A DNA stretch of 64,000 bases from Hormiphora californensis. Its lineage: Eukaryota > Animalia > Ctenophora. The DNA lies in assembly GCA_020137815.1 (NCBI GenBank), contig CM035352.1:7564001-7628000 (forward strand), in the 5' to 3' direction. The translations under genes were made by a program, and so were the position numbers. Under the pieces are notes generated by a model. It was not told where the DNA came from. It was given only the letters and a program-made list of their open reading frames with translations, and did no database searches. Shown here in pieces: positions 37,813 to 51,373 of the stretch (positions are counted from its first letter, which is position 1; each line of letters begins with the position of its first letter).

Positions 37813-39029
37813 AATCCAATCTTTCAAGCAGTTGTTTAGCACAGGGAACAATGAGGGATGAAGGTATCGGGAAAACAGGTATTATAGAGGTGTAGTGGTG
37901 TGTAGGTGTCTCTCTTTTCCGCGGGATGTTACTTCATGTGGCCTATGATAAAAGGAGAGAGATGGGGGTTAGAGAATGAAGGAGAAGGTAAAGAACTGGT
38001 GGGATAAAATAATATGAGGGAGAGAGAGGAGAGAGAGATGGGGGAGAACAAGTGATATAAAACAGGTGAGAGACAGAGAGGCGATGACCAGCTGGGGAAG
38101 GTAAAAGAAAAGGGCTCAAACGGCAAACCGAAGTGCACTTGGAACGTGAGCAAGTGATGAGGGGAGAGAAACAACAACAAAGCGAGTGTGGAAGAGAGGG
38201 AGGGAGAGACAGAGAGAACAGAGTGGGTGTCAAAGAGAGAACAGAGAGAACAAGGGAGGGACATAAATAGAGAGAACAGAGGAGAGAGAGAACAAGGAAT
38301 AAAAAAAAGGTGTACAGAGCTGCTGGAAGGGCGGTAAATTCAAATGTTCAGAGGGCAACTGTTAGAATACTGAAAATGAAAAGTGAAGTAACACTGACAC
38401 GAGCGACTCGTTCGTTACGTTGCATTTCGTTTCACTTTTGCTTGTCTCAGACACCAAAAAGGGCTATTTTCCTCAATAAAATGCAACTCAAATCTGTCTC
38501 TAGTTCTCATTTCCATCACACATGACCTCCCAGTTACCACTGAACTGTCTCTCAGGCCTGGCCTAGTTTCCTCACTAAACTACAGCTACATTCTTGGCCA
38601 ATATTACCCACCGCCCCACCCCCACCCGCCCTCCCCCACCCACCTCTCCCAATATAGCGGGCATTGCTAAACACCACACTACAGAGACAATCCTTGTGTT
38701 TTGGTGCACTAAGTCGCTTATCGCGTGTAACAATTAATAAATGTTCTTATCTGTCCCATCCGCATAGTATTCTAGAACATTTTACAGTCTATTGCATTGT
38801 ATTGGTGCTACATTCAGTCCTACCCCTTATCTGTGTTTAATCGTTTTTGTTGATCTTCATCTCCACTGGAAATGGATACACCTCTCATCTCATAATCAAC
38901 AACATCACGGTACCAATCATCCATCAAAATTCTGTAAGTTCACCTGTCCGTATTGTCTGTTCACAGATTGTGTAAAGTTTATATTGTGAATGTAATTGAC
39001 TATTCAAAACACGGTATACATCGGGATTC

Positions 39030-39280
39030 CAGACCCAAACTCAAGACACTCTCAAAGGCAAAACGTTACCTTGTTCCAGACCAAACTAAACTCAAGACAC
39101 TCTCAAAGGCAAAACGTTACCTTGATCCAGACTAAACCAAACACAAGAATCTCTCCAAGGGATACCGTTACCTTGTTCCAGACCAAACTTAAGAGTCTCT
39201 CAAAGGCAAAACGCTACCTTGTTCCAGATCAAATCAAGCTCAAGAATCTCTCAAAGGCAAAACGTTACCTAGTTCCAGAT
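39030..39280. repeat. 51-bp tandem repeat, ~5 copies
   Basis: aaactcaagacactctcaaaggcaaaacgttaccttgttccagaccaaact at 39037, 39088 and onward. Confidence 0.85.
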
Positions 39281-42200
39281 TAATATAGGGAATTCCCAAG
39301 TTTTACTTGGTTAGGCCGGGAGTTAGACTCCTTGGAGCGTTTGAGGCGATATGCTCTGCATAGTCCGAATCGCAGCACCACAACAACAACAACTGACACG
39401 AGCAGTAGCTGAAATCAAGCAAATGGGAGAGATCAGAGGACAAAGTAATGAAAATATCTCTCTGACTCTCTGGGGGAGGCGGGGGATAGTATTTTTGGGA
39501 AAAACTCACTGGAAAGGTAAAGAGTGGGGATGGAAGAAAAAAGAATGGGGATGGAGGAGAATGGGGGGGAGGGGGGGGAGAGGCGGGGGGGCAAAGGGTT
39601 TGGGGGGCGAGGGGGGGTTTTTTTGGGAGGGTGAAAAAGGAAAGGGGCAAAGTTTAAAACCAAGCGCCAAATGGAGCAGAGAAAGAGGACCACCGGATCT
39701 CTCAAAAAAATTTACAACCCCGTGGGGGGGTATTTGTACAAATTTGTGGTCAGGTTTTAAAACGAATATTGCATGAGGAGAAGAGAGGGGAGTGAGGGGA
39801 GGAGAGAGAGAGAAGAGAGAAGGAGGAGGGAGGAGAGAGAGAAGAGGATACAATAGAGACAAGAGACATGGGAGAGGGACCCTAATCACCAATATGAGCT
39901 CTAATAACTACATACTACCCAGGGGAGGGGCGTCTGATATCACGACAGTCACGACAGAGGGGGTACTCGGGTATCCTTATAAAAAACTGCTTTTTTTTCT
40001 CCTTCATCTCTCCCCTTTTCCCCTCTCTCTAACTATCAATGTCTGTATTTAAGCACAAAAAGGGAATGACTGGGCCCCAAAATAACCCAAGATTATCGGA
40101 GATGAGGCTGGGTGGACCATGCAATAACACGCAAGAGAGAATTCAAAATAAAGGAGCAGGAATCCGAGCGGGAAGATTGAATTTGATTACAGGAGAGAGA
40201 GAAGAGATATAGTGAGAGAGATATAGTGCACGCAACGGCTAAACTAACAAGCAACAAGGAGGTGGGGGACGCGGGGAGAGAGTAGCAGCGCGGCGGCAGT
40301 GGCTGAGAGATAGAGAGAGAAACACCTGCGCAAGAGAGCCGAGCTGCAGCTGCTGCTGTACAACTCTCTCTCTCTCTATCTTTCTCTCTCTCTCTGTAGA
40401 GAGTCACATGGCCCGAGCACGGGGTCAGTGTAATGGGCTCTGTAGAACCACAGGTAGCGGGGGCCACGAAATTTTTCCCGTCAAAACAAAAAGGGTTGGG
40501 GTTTTTTCCCCAAAATTTTTTGGGGGGGGGGGGGGCCGGGGGGGAAAAAAAGGGGGGGTAAAAAAAAAAAAAAAAATTTTTTTTTTTTTTTTTAAAAAAA
40601 AGGAAGGAGGAAAAGAAAAAAGAGAGAGGGGGGAAAAGAAAAAAAAAGGGGAAAAACGGGGGGGGTAGGGAAAAAAGGGGGAGGGGAAAAGGGGGAGAGG
40701 GGAAAAAAAGGGGGGGGCCCCAATTTTAAAAGCAAAAATTTGGGGGGACCCCCAAAATTGCGCCCCATCTAAGGGGGAGGGGGGAAAAATAGGAGGGATG
40801 TGCCCAAAAACTCCCCCCCCTTTTTTTTTTAAAAAGGGAAAACCCCGGGGGAAAGGGGAAAAATGAATGGGGGGGGGGGGAAAGAAAAGGCGGGAGGAAA
40901 AAAAGGGCAGAGGGGAAAAGGGGAATGGGGGGAAGGAGAAGGGAAAGGGAAAAAAGGGGAAAAAAAGGGAACCCGGGGGGAGAGAGAGGGGGTTGGGAGA
41001 GAAGAGAAAATCGGAGGGGGAAAGGAGGGGGGAAAGAGAGCAAGGAGGGGGGGGGAAGGGCGAGATGAAAGGGGGGGAGGGGGAAGAGGGGAATGGGGAG
41101 AGAGGAGGAGGGCGGGAAAGGGAAAGGAGGGGAAGGGAAAAAGGTTGAAAAGGAAGAAGGAGGAGAAGAGAGAGAGAGAAAAAAAGGGAAAGGGAGGAGA
41201 GGGAGAGAGGGAGAGAGAGAGGGGAGAGAGAGAGAGAGAGGATGGGGAGAGAAGAAGGGGGGGAGAGAGGGAGGGGGGGGGGGGGGGGGGTAAGTGAGAG
41301 AGGAAGCTAGGGTGCAGTGTAATTGTGGGAAAGCATTGTCCATGGTTCACTGTTCACTTCCTAGGACCCCCATTCTCCCCCATGCCCCCTCTCTCTCTCT
41401 CTATTCACCCCCATTCTTCCTATCTCTATTCACCATCCAACCCTATTTAGATCTAGCCTCTCTCTCTCTTCAGTTAGTCTCTTTTAGGGCGTGGCAGATA
41501 AACAATGCAAGAACCACTGAGCTGAGGATGAAACAACTACCCTCTCTCTCAAAAACAATTCTTTGGCAACACACGACACACGGAACTCCCCAAACTCTAG
41601 AGACCCCCCTTCCCTCTGGAGCTCTATAGACCCCTCCCTGACCTCTATAGACCCAGCTCCGAATTCTAGAGCATGTCACACGTTCCTATCAGGTATCACA
41701 CATAGTTGTACACGCTCTATAATCCCATTACCACCTTCCCTAGAAAACAGTTGAAGAAACAACATCAACACGAGGCCCTTCTACGAGTACTGAACGAGAA
41801 CAGATGAAGTGAACATATATGATTCAGTGAAACAAGAAGAATACAATATCCAGTTGTTTCACAAAAGACTGCCCTCTCAAACCGCCATGTAGCAGTGAAG
41901 AAGAAGAGGAATAAAATGTTTGGGGACTACAGAGAGCTTGATCCGGAATGAGGTAACTTCTCTCGGGCCGGTCTTGTAGCCTGAAGGAAGGACCCCCCCC
42001 TCTAGTGACCCACCCCTCACACTCATTCAGGTTACCCGATATGTTGGAAATGCTATACCTCCTAACCCCTTATCAGTTAACCAAGCAGGCCCCTCCGCTG
42101 CAATTCGATAGGCAGGCTTTACTCTTTTTACTTTCTGTGTGTGTGGTATACGTGTAAAACTTGCCTGCCTGTTTTAATATTTGGATCTTGCCCTCGCTCT

Positions 42201-42380
42201 CTTACAAAATCTCCCCAATATATCTCCAATATCTCTCAAATGCAGTCAATGGGGACGCAGTTAATCCCCCTTTTCAATGTTTAAATTTAAACCTCAAATT
42301 ACACTCCAATGGTATATTATCCATTCCCTGCCCTGCAACCAGTTAACCCCCAATTGTGTGATTCAGGAGGTGACGTCATC

Positions 42381-45300
42381 ATGGCTGAGGGAGGTGATCA
42401 TGAGGTTGAGGAGTTAGCAGGGAAGGAGGAACAGGACGAGAAGGCAGCCCCTCCTCCCGTGTCGAGACTCAACAGCCTCTCAGGCAGAGTCAGTGAGGTA
42501 AGAACAGAAGGAAGAGAGACTCAATAGCCTCTCAGGCAGAGTCAGCGAGGTAAGAGTGGAAGGATGAGAGACTCAATAGGGTCTCTGGTCGAGTTAGTGA
42601 GGTAAGAACAGAAGGATGAGAGACTGAATAGCCTGTCAGGCAGAGTCAGTGAGGTAAGAAGAGAAGGAAGAGAGCCTGGCGGCGCCGACCCGATCTGAAC
42701 GCACTGTCTAGAATCAAAACGGGGTCTGGTGCCGCCAGACAGCTCCAGCAGAGACACTGTCTCAGATAGTGAGGCAAGATGAACCCCCAAACAACTCCCG
42801 TTGATAGAACTCAGTTGTCTCCTACATCTCTATATTTTCTAGGTGACTGATAAGACCCGGAAGTTGCTGAGTGATATCCGAGATAGGCAGAACTCCAAGA
42901 CGGGCAACCCCACTGCAGCGGTCACCCAGCCACCCCCCACTGCCAAGTCTCTGGATGGGGTAATGATCGACAGGAGACTCACCGAACCATCAGGTACAAT
43001 TAGATGTACGGGATAGACACGATATATAGACATCGTATAGACACGGTATAGACACAGTTTAGACACGGAATAGACGCGGAATAGACGCGGATTAGGGAAC
43101 AATAAATTTAATTCTGAAGACTCTGAACAAGTCAAAGCATCTATTTTCAAGCAATGAGAGAGACTGGTAACGTGAGATGGTCTCACCACACACTCCCGCC
43201 CCAATCTAACACCCCACCCTCCCCTCCAATCAGACCCTTGCATACCCACCTCCAGTCTACAAGATGTACATGTGCCCTCTCTCCAATCAGACCTCCTGAA
43301 CCCCTCTCACCCCACTGCAGCAGCACATGTGCCTCATACAGTTCGGCCACTATAATATCACACCTTGTGCCCTAAAGCATACAATCTGTCAAACAATCCC
43401 CATATTCCCTGCGGCCATTGCTACCGTCGGGGCGGGTAATCAATATTAATCAACCTATAATAACCCCCTAAAAATCAAAACACCAGGACAAAAAAACTAA
43501 AGTTATTCCGTCCAGGTGTCCTCTACAAAGCCAAGATGATAGGGAGTCTAAGCGTAGCAAACCACAAAGGAGACAAAATGGCAGTTGACGCAATGAGGAA
43601 CCTGAAAGTGATGGCAAAGACGAGTGGAAGACACAAGGATAGGATCATGATACGGATCTCAATTCAGGGTCTACACATACTGGAGACGGAGACACTAAGA
43701 CAGGTATGGAATGTGTGGTGTCTCTCTATCTCTCTCTCTCTATATCTCTCTCTTTCCACCGCAATAGAAATATTAATTGGAATGTGAGATATTGAGCATT
43801 CCCGGTATTGAGAGTTACCAGTGCTTTAATTAATTAGTATTCTCATCTACTAATAGGAGAAGTACCAACAATAGGGCTGGGACATGGGATAGGTACACTA
43901 GAAATAACCTCTCCTTCCAGGCGTCCACTAGGTCCGCCCTTCCAATATTCTCTAGGCCCAAAATTGGGGTAAAAAATCGGTCGACCCCCCTTCTCAACTA
44001 AAATCCCGAGATTGATACCAACTCCCCCCATCAGATACATATCCACGATCTGGACAAGATCTCCTACCTAGCAGAGGACCCAGATGACAAAAAAGTGTTC
44101 TCCTACATCTACAACAAACGGATACAAAACAAGGAAACTGGCAAGACGACCTCTGTACACCGACTCTTTGCGATCAAGACCCCTAAATGTACCCTAGTGG
44201 TGTCCAATATGAAGGCAGTGTTTCACTATATGCACGACATGAGAATGGGTTTCTCGGATCCTAATGTGGTTGATATGAAGGCAGCTAGGGAGGCAGTAAT
44301 AGCGGAGAGGGTGGAGGAAGAGGTGAAGGAGGAGGAGAAGCCTGAGGAGGATGATCCTCTAGGTAGGTTTTTAATGGGGGTCAGGACGAACAGTTCAATA
44401 TGTAGGAGGAAGTAAGAGAGGGTGAGAGAGAGAGAGAGGGAGAGAGAGAGGGGGGTGGGGTAATGAGAGGTAATCAGGTGACGTAACCCCAGGGGCAGGG
44501 ACCGGGGTAGAATAACACTCTGGGCATGCCCTATTCTGCCAGCTATCAGAATATCCATCCTCAATACTGTCCTAGCTTGTTCAGCCCACCCCTTACTCAA
44601 TACTGTCCTAGCTGCAGCAGACCAACACAAGATCTTGCCCCCTAACCTTCTAGCAAGAAATAACTAACAATAAAAGCTTCAATTGCAACTAATTAACATA
44701 TATTCCAACCCCTCAGGATTTGGGTATGCCCAGTTGGTTGACATTATAGACACAGAGACACTAATCGTACCCAAAGTACCCGAACCACCCTTGAGGAAGA
44801 CGAACCTACCACCCCTGCTGCAGTTAACCTATATGTGACTGCACCTACTGGGAACAGGTTAGCAGTCCCAGAGGAAGAAGGGACGCCATTACTGCGCGGG
44901 CATTCAGTTAGAGTTTCCCCTTAGGTAAGGTACCTAATCTGGTGAGAATTTTTTAGGGCCTAATCTCATTTAATGAATAATCTGGTGATGAATAAGGGTC
45001 AGTTCTCTCGACCCAAATTAAGATGTGAGACCTTGATAAGCAACAAAACATAATGCCAATGGGTGCACAGGTTGCGAGACTTTGAGATTCTAGAAAGCTT
45101 GAACTTTTGCCTTGAGTATCTCAACTAAGAGAGAAGGGATAACCAGGCGGTGGAAAATAAATCCTAATACTTAGCTCTATATTCCATCTCTCGCCCACTC
45201 GTGAGGGGGGGGGGGGACTCGTGCTAGTCTCAGTCTCCCAAACCAACCAAATGAGTAGCTACCCCCTCTTTCTCTATCTGTCTCTCTGATCTATCTCTCT

Positions 45301-48300
45301 GTCTCAGGCCGTTAAAGAAGACCCATTCGACATGATGGGAACACTGAATCCAGCGTGGAGCACGTGCGAGGCTAACAGCAGGTAACATTAACACAGGGTG
45401 TTTCTCAAAACAGCAGGTAACAAGAAATACAGAGAGTGTCTCAAAACAGCAGGTAAGTAAGTGGTAACACTGACAGGCCAATGATCCTGACAAAGGTAAC
45501 ATGAAATACACATGGTTTTTCAAAATGGGACACCCTGCACAAAACACTTGAATAATGTTTTGACTTTAAGGAACACCCTGTTTAACAAATTTAAAACAAA
45601 TTTAAAACAATACCAGCTGTATAACAAATGAGAATGTATAATGATATCGGCTATAAACACACGGCTTGAGTTACATCAAGACACACACAAGGATAGTGAC
45701 ATGAGTGGTATATTTGTTGTTATTGCACCCCAGATAGTGCAACTCATGACACATTTTCTCAACACGACATGGCAGAGAGCGATTTAAAGAAACATACACC
45801 ATACGGGCACAATACCTAATATAAGGGGCATCACGTAACAGCAATCCCCGGTCAGCAACTGAGCCGAAGCAACAGACAGCAACTACCCTAAGGGTAAGGG
45901 GAGGCAGCCTGTATAGACACAAGAAATGAGGGAGGCTACTTCTTGCCTGAGTTGTTACAATGCCTGAGGGTTAAGGACACTAAAATTTCAATTTAAAGCT
46001 CTCTCATCTAAAATAGATTTATTGCTCTGTATTAAATCATGTAAATTGGTATCAAGAAGGTAGTTTCAGACAATTTGCAATGATAGGAATATAAATTCAC
46101 CCAACCTCCTAATATTAATGTCCCTAACTTCTCTCCCAACCTCATCTACCACCCTCCCAATCCCCCCTCTAACACCCCCTCTAACACCCATCCCCTCCCC
46201 AGTTTGGACACTCTTTAACACCCCTCCCTCCCCAGTTTGGAACCGAAACCATGGTCCCTAGACCATACACAGGCCCGGTAGCACATCCCCAAGTTGGAGG
46301 AGACACTTTGAGGCCCCTTCCCAACCAGTCCTGTGCTGTTTACAATGCCACGCGCGGAGTATGATCGACATGGCCCCAAGACCCCAGTTGGAGAATTATG
46401 AACTACGTGGTACCTGTAGTAACTATGGGCCCTGCTAACTAAACCTGTTAAAGTAACCCACCAAAGTTGAAGTAGCGCCGTGGTCTGGAGGTTTCAATGG
46501 CCCAGCCTCTGAGACAACAAAAAATATGCCCCACCCGTTTAGAGGCAACGAAACCGTGTCCTGGACCATAAATGGGCCCTCTCTAACCCCTTAACACTTC
46601 AACACCCTCCCCTCCCAGTTTGGAGGACACTGAAGACCCGTGGTCCCTGGACCGATACAATGGGCCCGGTAGTACCAGTAGCGAGGAAAGTGAGGAGGAA
46701 CATACGTTTGGAGTGGCCCCCTCCCAGCCAGTACCTAGTGCCGTGTTCGTGGACCAGGGGGAGTATGAATGGGACATTGGGGAACCAGCAAGAACGTGAG
46801 TAATTAGTAACTAGTTAGTAACTAGTAACTAATGAGCAACTAGTGAGTAACTAATTAGAAATTAGTGAGTAACTGATTAGTAACTAAACACAAAAATTAA
46901 AGTCCGCCAGCGTCCTTAGCGGGAGGTGTGAATTGCACAACACGTCTCTTACATGTCTGAGTGAGACAACAAAATAGTATTGGAATCTAGACTTGGTTGT
47001 TAATTGGGGCTAACTGCTCAATCAAGTTCACCCAATTTAGGAATAGAGCTCAGTTAAATAGGGGGCTTGGGAAAGTAGTACACACGACATGCAATCAACC
47101 ATAAAATTGCAATGGTGCAGTAGTGAAAACAAGGAAGAGAGAGAGAGAGAGAGGGCTGAGGGGGAGATAGAGAGAGGTAGAGAGAGAGCAGAGATAGAAA
47201 GACAAAGATAGAGAGAGGCGAGACAGAGATAGAGGGAGAGAAGCGTGACTTCGAGTGTAAAAAGTCTCTAGGTTTGAAACCGGTGATAACCGGAAAACAA
47301 GGGATTAATAGGCTAGAAAACAAAATACTTGCATTCGTTTTGTAACGAGAAATCAGAAAAGCATATCGGGGGGGGGGGGTAGAAATGTAAGCTAAAAGAG
47401 AGGGATATCAAGAGGGATATCGAGAGGGTTATAAGAGAGGGGGAAGGATAAAGAGGGATATCGATAGTTAAAGATCATAGATGGCAACTGTCGTTTAGTG
47501 GTGGGATACGATTGCATGATGTACATCGTTTCTCTCTCTTTCTCTCTGCTCTCTCGAGATTACAAGAGGAGTATTGTTTACAGACCCCCGGTCCGAGAAC
47601 AATAAGTTGTTTGAACTCTCGACCTCATCAATTAGACCATTTACTGTTGGCCGATGTCACCTAGAACTCTATTTCCCTAGTTACACAGAGGACTAGAATT
47701 CTAATTCCCTAGTTACACTGAGGAATAGAATTCTAACTCCCTAGTTACACCAAGGACTAGAATTCTATTTCCCTAGTTACACCAAGGACTAGAATTCTAT
47801 TTCCCTAGTTACACAGAGGACTAGAATTCTAACTCCCTAGGACTAGAATTCTAACTCCCTAGTTACACTGAGGACTAGAATTCTAACTCCCTAGTTAAAC
47901 AGAGGACTAGAATTCTAACTCCCTAGTTACACAGAGGACTATAATTCTAACTCCCTAGTTACACAGAGGACTAGAATTCTAAATCCCTAGTTACACAGAG
48001 GACTAGAATTCTATTTCCCTAGTTACACAGAGGACTAGAATTCTATTTCCCTAGTTACACAGAGGACTAGAATTCTAATTCCCTAGTTACACTGAGGACT
48101 AGAATTCTAACTCCCTAGTTACACCAAGGACTAGAATTCTATTTCCCTAGTTACACCAAGGACTAGAATTCTATTTCCCTAGTTACACAGAGGACTAGAA
48201 TTCTAACTCCCTAGTTACACTGAGGACTAGAATTCTAACTCCCTAGTTACACTGAGGACTAGAATTCTAACTCCCTAGTTACACTGAGGACTAGAATTCT

Positions 48301-49442
48301 AACTCCCTAGTTACACTGAGGACTATAATTCTAACTCCCTAGTTACACAGAGGACTAGAATTCTATTTCCCTAGTTACACAGAGGACTATAACTCTATTT
48401 CCCTAGTTACACAGAGGACCAAGTGACTCTATCCGAGAGCAGGGAACGACTGTCAACTGTTACCAAGAAAGCTGTGGCTTCTCTGGAGAAAAGCCGGCAA
48501 GAGAAACAAAAAACAAATCCTGCACCAACTGGCAGCAGTCTTATTGACTTCTCTACATTTGAGGACAGGTAAGTGTTCCAGCTTATCGAAAGGTACCCGC
48601 ACTGCACCTTTCTCGACTAACCGTTCCCCAGTAAAATATAGATTAGAGCACAACAAAACAGACAGTTCCAATATCTACTGCAGCTATTCCTGGTAGTGAC
48701 ATCTGAACATGCCCCCCGGGGAACCTCAGTACAACTCACGTGAAGCGTCATCATGACTGCCAAAAACTCCTTCTTCACTGTAAATTCACACATAACCTGC
48801 AGCCCCTCCACCATCTTATCCTGTCCCCCTGCATCCATTCTCCCATTTTATCAAGCACCCCATTCCCCCATTTTGGCTTGTTGAGTACTCAACAAATTCT
48901 CACTGTATGTAACCCCCAACAGGTTGGAGAGCAGTACTGCAGTTGACTTGTTTGACTCCCTAGCAACACCCCAGACAACCACCACTACTACTAGATCTGC
49001 ATCTCCTGCTAAAACTGGTGGGCTGGCTGATGATCTGTTCTCACTGGACCTTAGCACCCCCGCAAAGGATTCCAACAAGGTGAGTGTATGATGTTGGGTT
49101 AAGTTAAATCAATGGGGGTACTGGGGGTAATGGGTGGTAACTAGTGGTGGGTTTGGATTGGATTTCTATTGTGGGACAGGTCCAAACTGTCTGGCTGATG
49201 GGGCGAGACTGAATGGCATCGAGTCATCCTTTCATGCTCGGGAAAGTACGGCATGCCTTGTTGAGTAAGGGGTGAGAGGGGGTCAACAAGGCATGCTAGG
49301 CAAACATGAATTGGACACAGGTCGAGAAACGATGGAGCTTACACTTCAACTAAACAGAGGACTTGTTGAGTAACAGAGGACCACTAAGAGGAACTGTGGT
49401 GTAAATTAGCACGCTGGAGAGGATCTATTGAACAACGGAGCG

Positions 49443-49540
<98 letters not shown>

Positions 49541-51373
49541 ATGTATGCAGTGAAGGAAGCTAGAAGGAAGTTACCACAACTCCAAGTTGTAATTACAACA
49601 GGGAGTGCCACACCCATTACCAGGTGCCAGATTAGGATGCAGTACAAGATCACTATAATAAGGAGATCTGATCAGATTAGGTCAACCAAGCAGGACTGTG
49701 GGAAATGTCGAGAGATCGCAAACAACTCTGGTGTGATTGTCAACCTCTCGAAATTGTACAAATCTACACAGTAGCTGGTTACCATGGAAACTGCCGTTGG
49801 TTTTATCTCATCTCATTAATTTTGTTGGCTGAAGTCTCGTGGGGGGGGGGGGGTAATAATGAAATTTCTGATAAGGACCTCCCCATGCAGGAGTGATGGC
49901 ACTCTTGTCCCCTCACTCCAATGGTGACCTCACTCCCCTCCATTATTGCAGGGAGGCATGCCGGTTGTAGCCCCGACCTCACTCTCCCCATTATTACAGG
50001 GAGGCATGCCCCGACCTCACTCCCCCCATTATTACAGGGAGGCATGCCCCGACCTCACTCCCCCCATTATTACAGGGAGGCATGCCGGTTGTAGCCCCGA
50101 CCTAACTCCCCCATTATTACAGGGAGGCATGCCCGTTGTAGCCCCGACCTCACTCCCCCCCCATTATTACAGGGAGGTATGCCCGTTGTAGCCCCGACCT
50201 CACTCTCCCCATTATTACAGGGAGGCATGCCCGTTGTAGCCCCGACCTCACTCCCCCCCCATTATTACAGGGAGGCATGCCCGTTGTAGCCCCGACCTCA
50301 CTCCCCCCCCATTATTACAGGGAGGTATGCCCGTTGTAGCCCCGACCTCACTCCCCCCCCATTATTACAGGGAGGTATGCCCGTTGTAGCCCCGACCTAA
50401 CTCCCCCCATTATTACAGGGAGGCATGCCCGTTGTAGCCCCGACCTCACTCCCCCCATTATTACAGGGAGGCATGCCCCGACCTCACTCTCCCCATTATT
50501 GCAGGGAGGTATGCCGGTTGTAGCCCCGACCTCTGAGTCACGAAAGTATGAGCTGGATATCTCGTCCCTCCTGGGCCCCACCCCAACTCAACCAACACCA
50601 CCATCAGGTATCTATCTACAGTTTCGTAGTTTTTGAGGAGTATATCACTAGGCTGGTATGGCACCAGGGTATCATACTCAGCTCTGGCAAACGCCCACTC
50701 AAGAATGTGATAATAACCAAATAATACCAAACAATAAACATAACTTCATTTTTAGGTACACAACAACAACCTAACTGGGGCGCATTCGGTAGTCAACCGG
50801 CTGCCACATCTGGTAGCATGTCAGGATTCGGTAGTCAACCCACAGCCACCTCTGGCTTCCAGGCATTTGGTGGCATGTCAGCATTTGGGGCAACTTCCCA
50901 ACCGGCAGGATTCGGGGCTACTAGCACCCAACCGGCAGGATTTGGAGGATCAAGTAGTGGGGGCACATTCGGGGCATCCCAGCCTACTCCCTCCTTTGGA
51001 GCTCAGCCATCTACTGCTGCAGGGAGCTTTGGTGGGTTCGGAGCTGCCCCACAGCAACCTAACTATCAACCAAACTTCGCTTTTCCTGTAAACTTCGGAG
51101 AAACGGTACGTAAATAGATTCATCATGGCCATACAGAAATGTTGTCTGACTAAGTAGTTGAACAAAATGCACTTCTTTTACCTTGTTATGTAACCCTCCT
51201 TTACATTTGTAAACACAGTCTAGCTAGGCAACTTTTACCTATACTTTTGATCTTTTCAGAGCACCACTACTGTCAAACCAGCCAAGTCGACAAACCCATT
51301 TCACCAGCCCCCTGCTAAAACCAACTCAACAACTTTTGATCCGTTTAGTGACTTGATGGGTGATGCCATTTAG
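42381..51373 (+). CDS. DAB: Disabled-like PTB-domain clathrin adaptor
   Basis: Exons 42381-42497, 42843-42993, 43516-43703, 44035-44362, 44717-~44924 (frame disrupted), 45308-45381, 46619-46795, 48407-48568, 48923-49079, 50505-50607, 50756-51105, 51260-51373. PTB domain GVLYKAKMIG..KGDK..HKDRIMIRISIQG..ISYLAED..FSYI..HRLFAIKT. The tail carries DPF, DPW, LIDF, DLF and NPF endocytic motifs. Confidence 0.88.
42464..42670 (+). repeat. 52-bp tandem array with four copies of the Dab exon-1 3' end plus donor
   Basis: Four copies of AGACTCAACAGCCTCTCAGGCAGAGTCAGTGAG|gtaaga, period 52. Confidence 0.9.
45374..45460 (+). repeat. Triplicated splice donor (AACAGCAG|gtaa), 35-36 bp period
   Basis: GT at 45382, 45417 and 45453. 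Confidence 0.75.
46165..46600 (+). pseudogene. Degenerate upstream copies of the Dab acceptor and exon 46619-46795
   Basis: ccccag|tttgga occurs twice (about 46202 and 46235). 46236-46390 aligns gappily to the whole exon, and 46535-46580 to its 5' part. Confidence 0.6.
47661..48419 (+). repeat. 32-bp tandem array with 24 copies of a Dab splice acceptor plus exon start
   Basis: Unit tagaattctaactccctag|TTACACAGAGGAC. Acceptors recur every 32 bp from 47680 to 48406, with one shortened unit. Confidence 0.93.
49445..49540. repeat. (GA)n microsatellite
   Basis: Direct inspection. Confidence 0.9.
49925..50532 (+). repeat. 38-50-bp tandem array with ~13 copies of a Dab acceptor plus exon start
   Basis: Unit cactcccccccattattacag|GGAGGCATGCCCGTTGTAGCCCCGACCT; the last copy (50505) continues into the exon. 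Confidence 0.9.

Noticed and set aside
39300-41960. Possible extra 5' exons of Dab (about 39330-39450 and 41743-41952)
   Set aside because: Exon-like ends but no intact frame, and flanked by noisy sequence; needs RNA data.
50756-51105. FG-repeat nucleoporin
   Set aside because: The exon splices in phase into the Dab-like gene and is its low-complexity tail.
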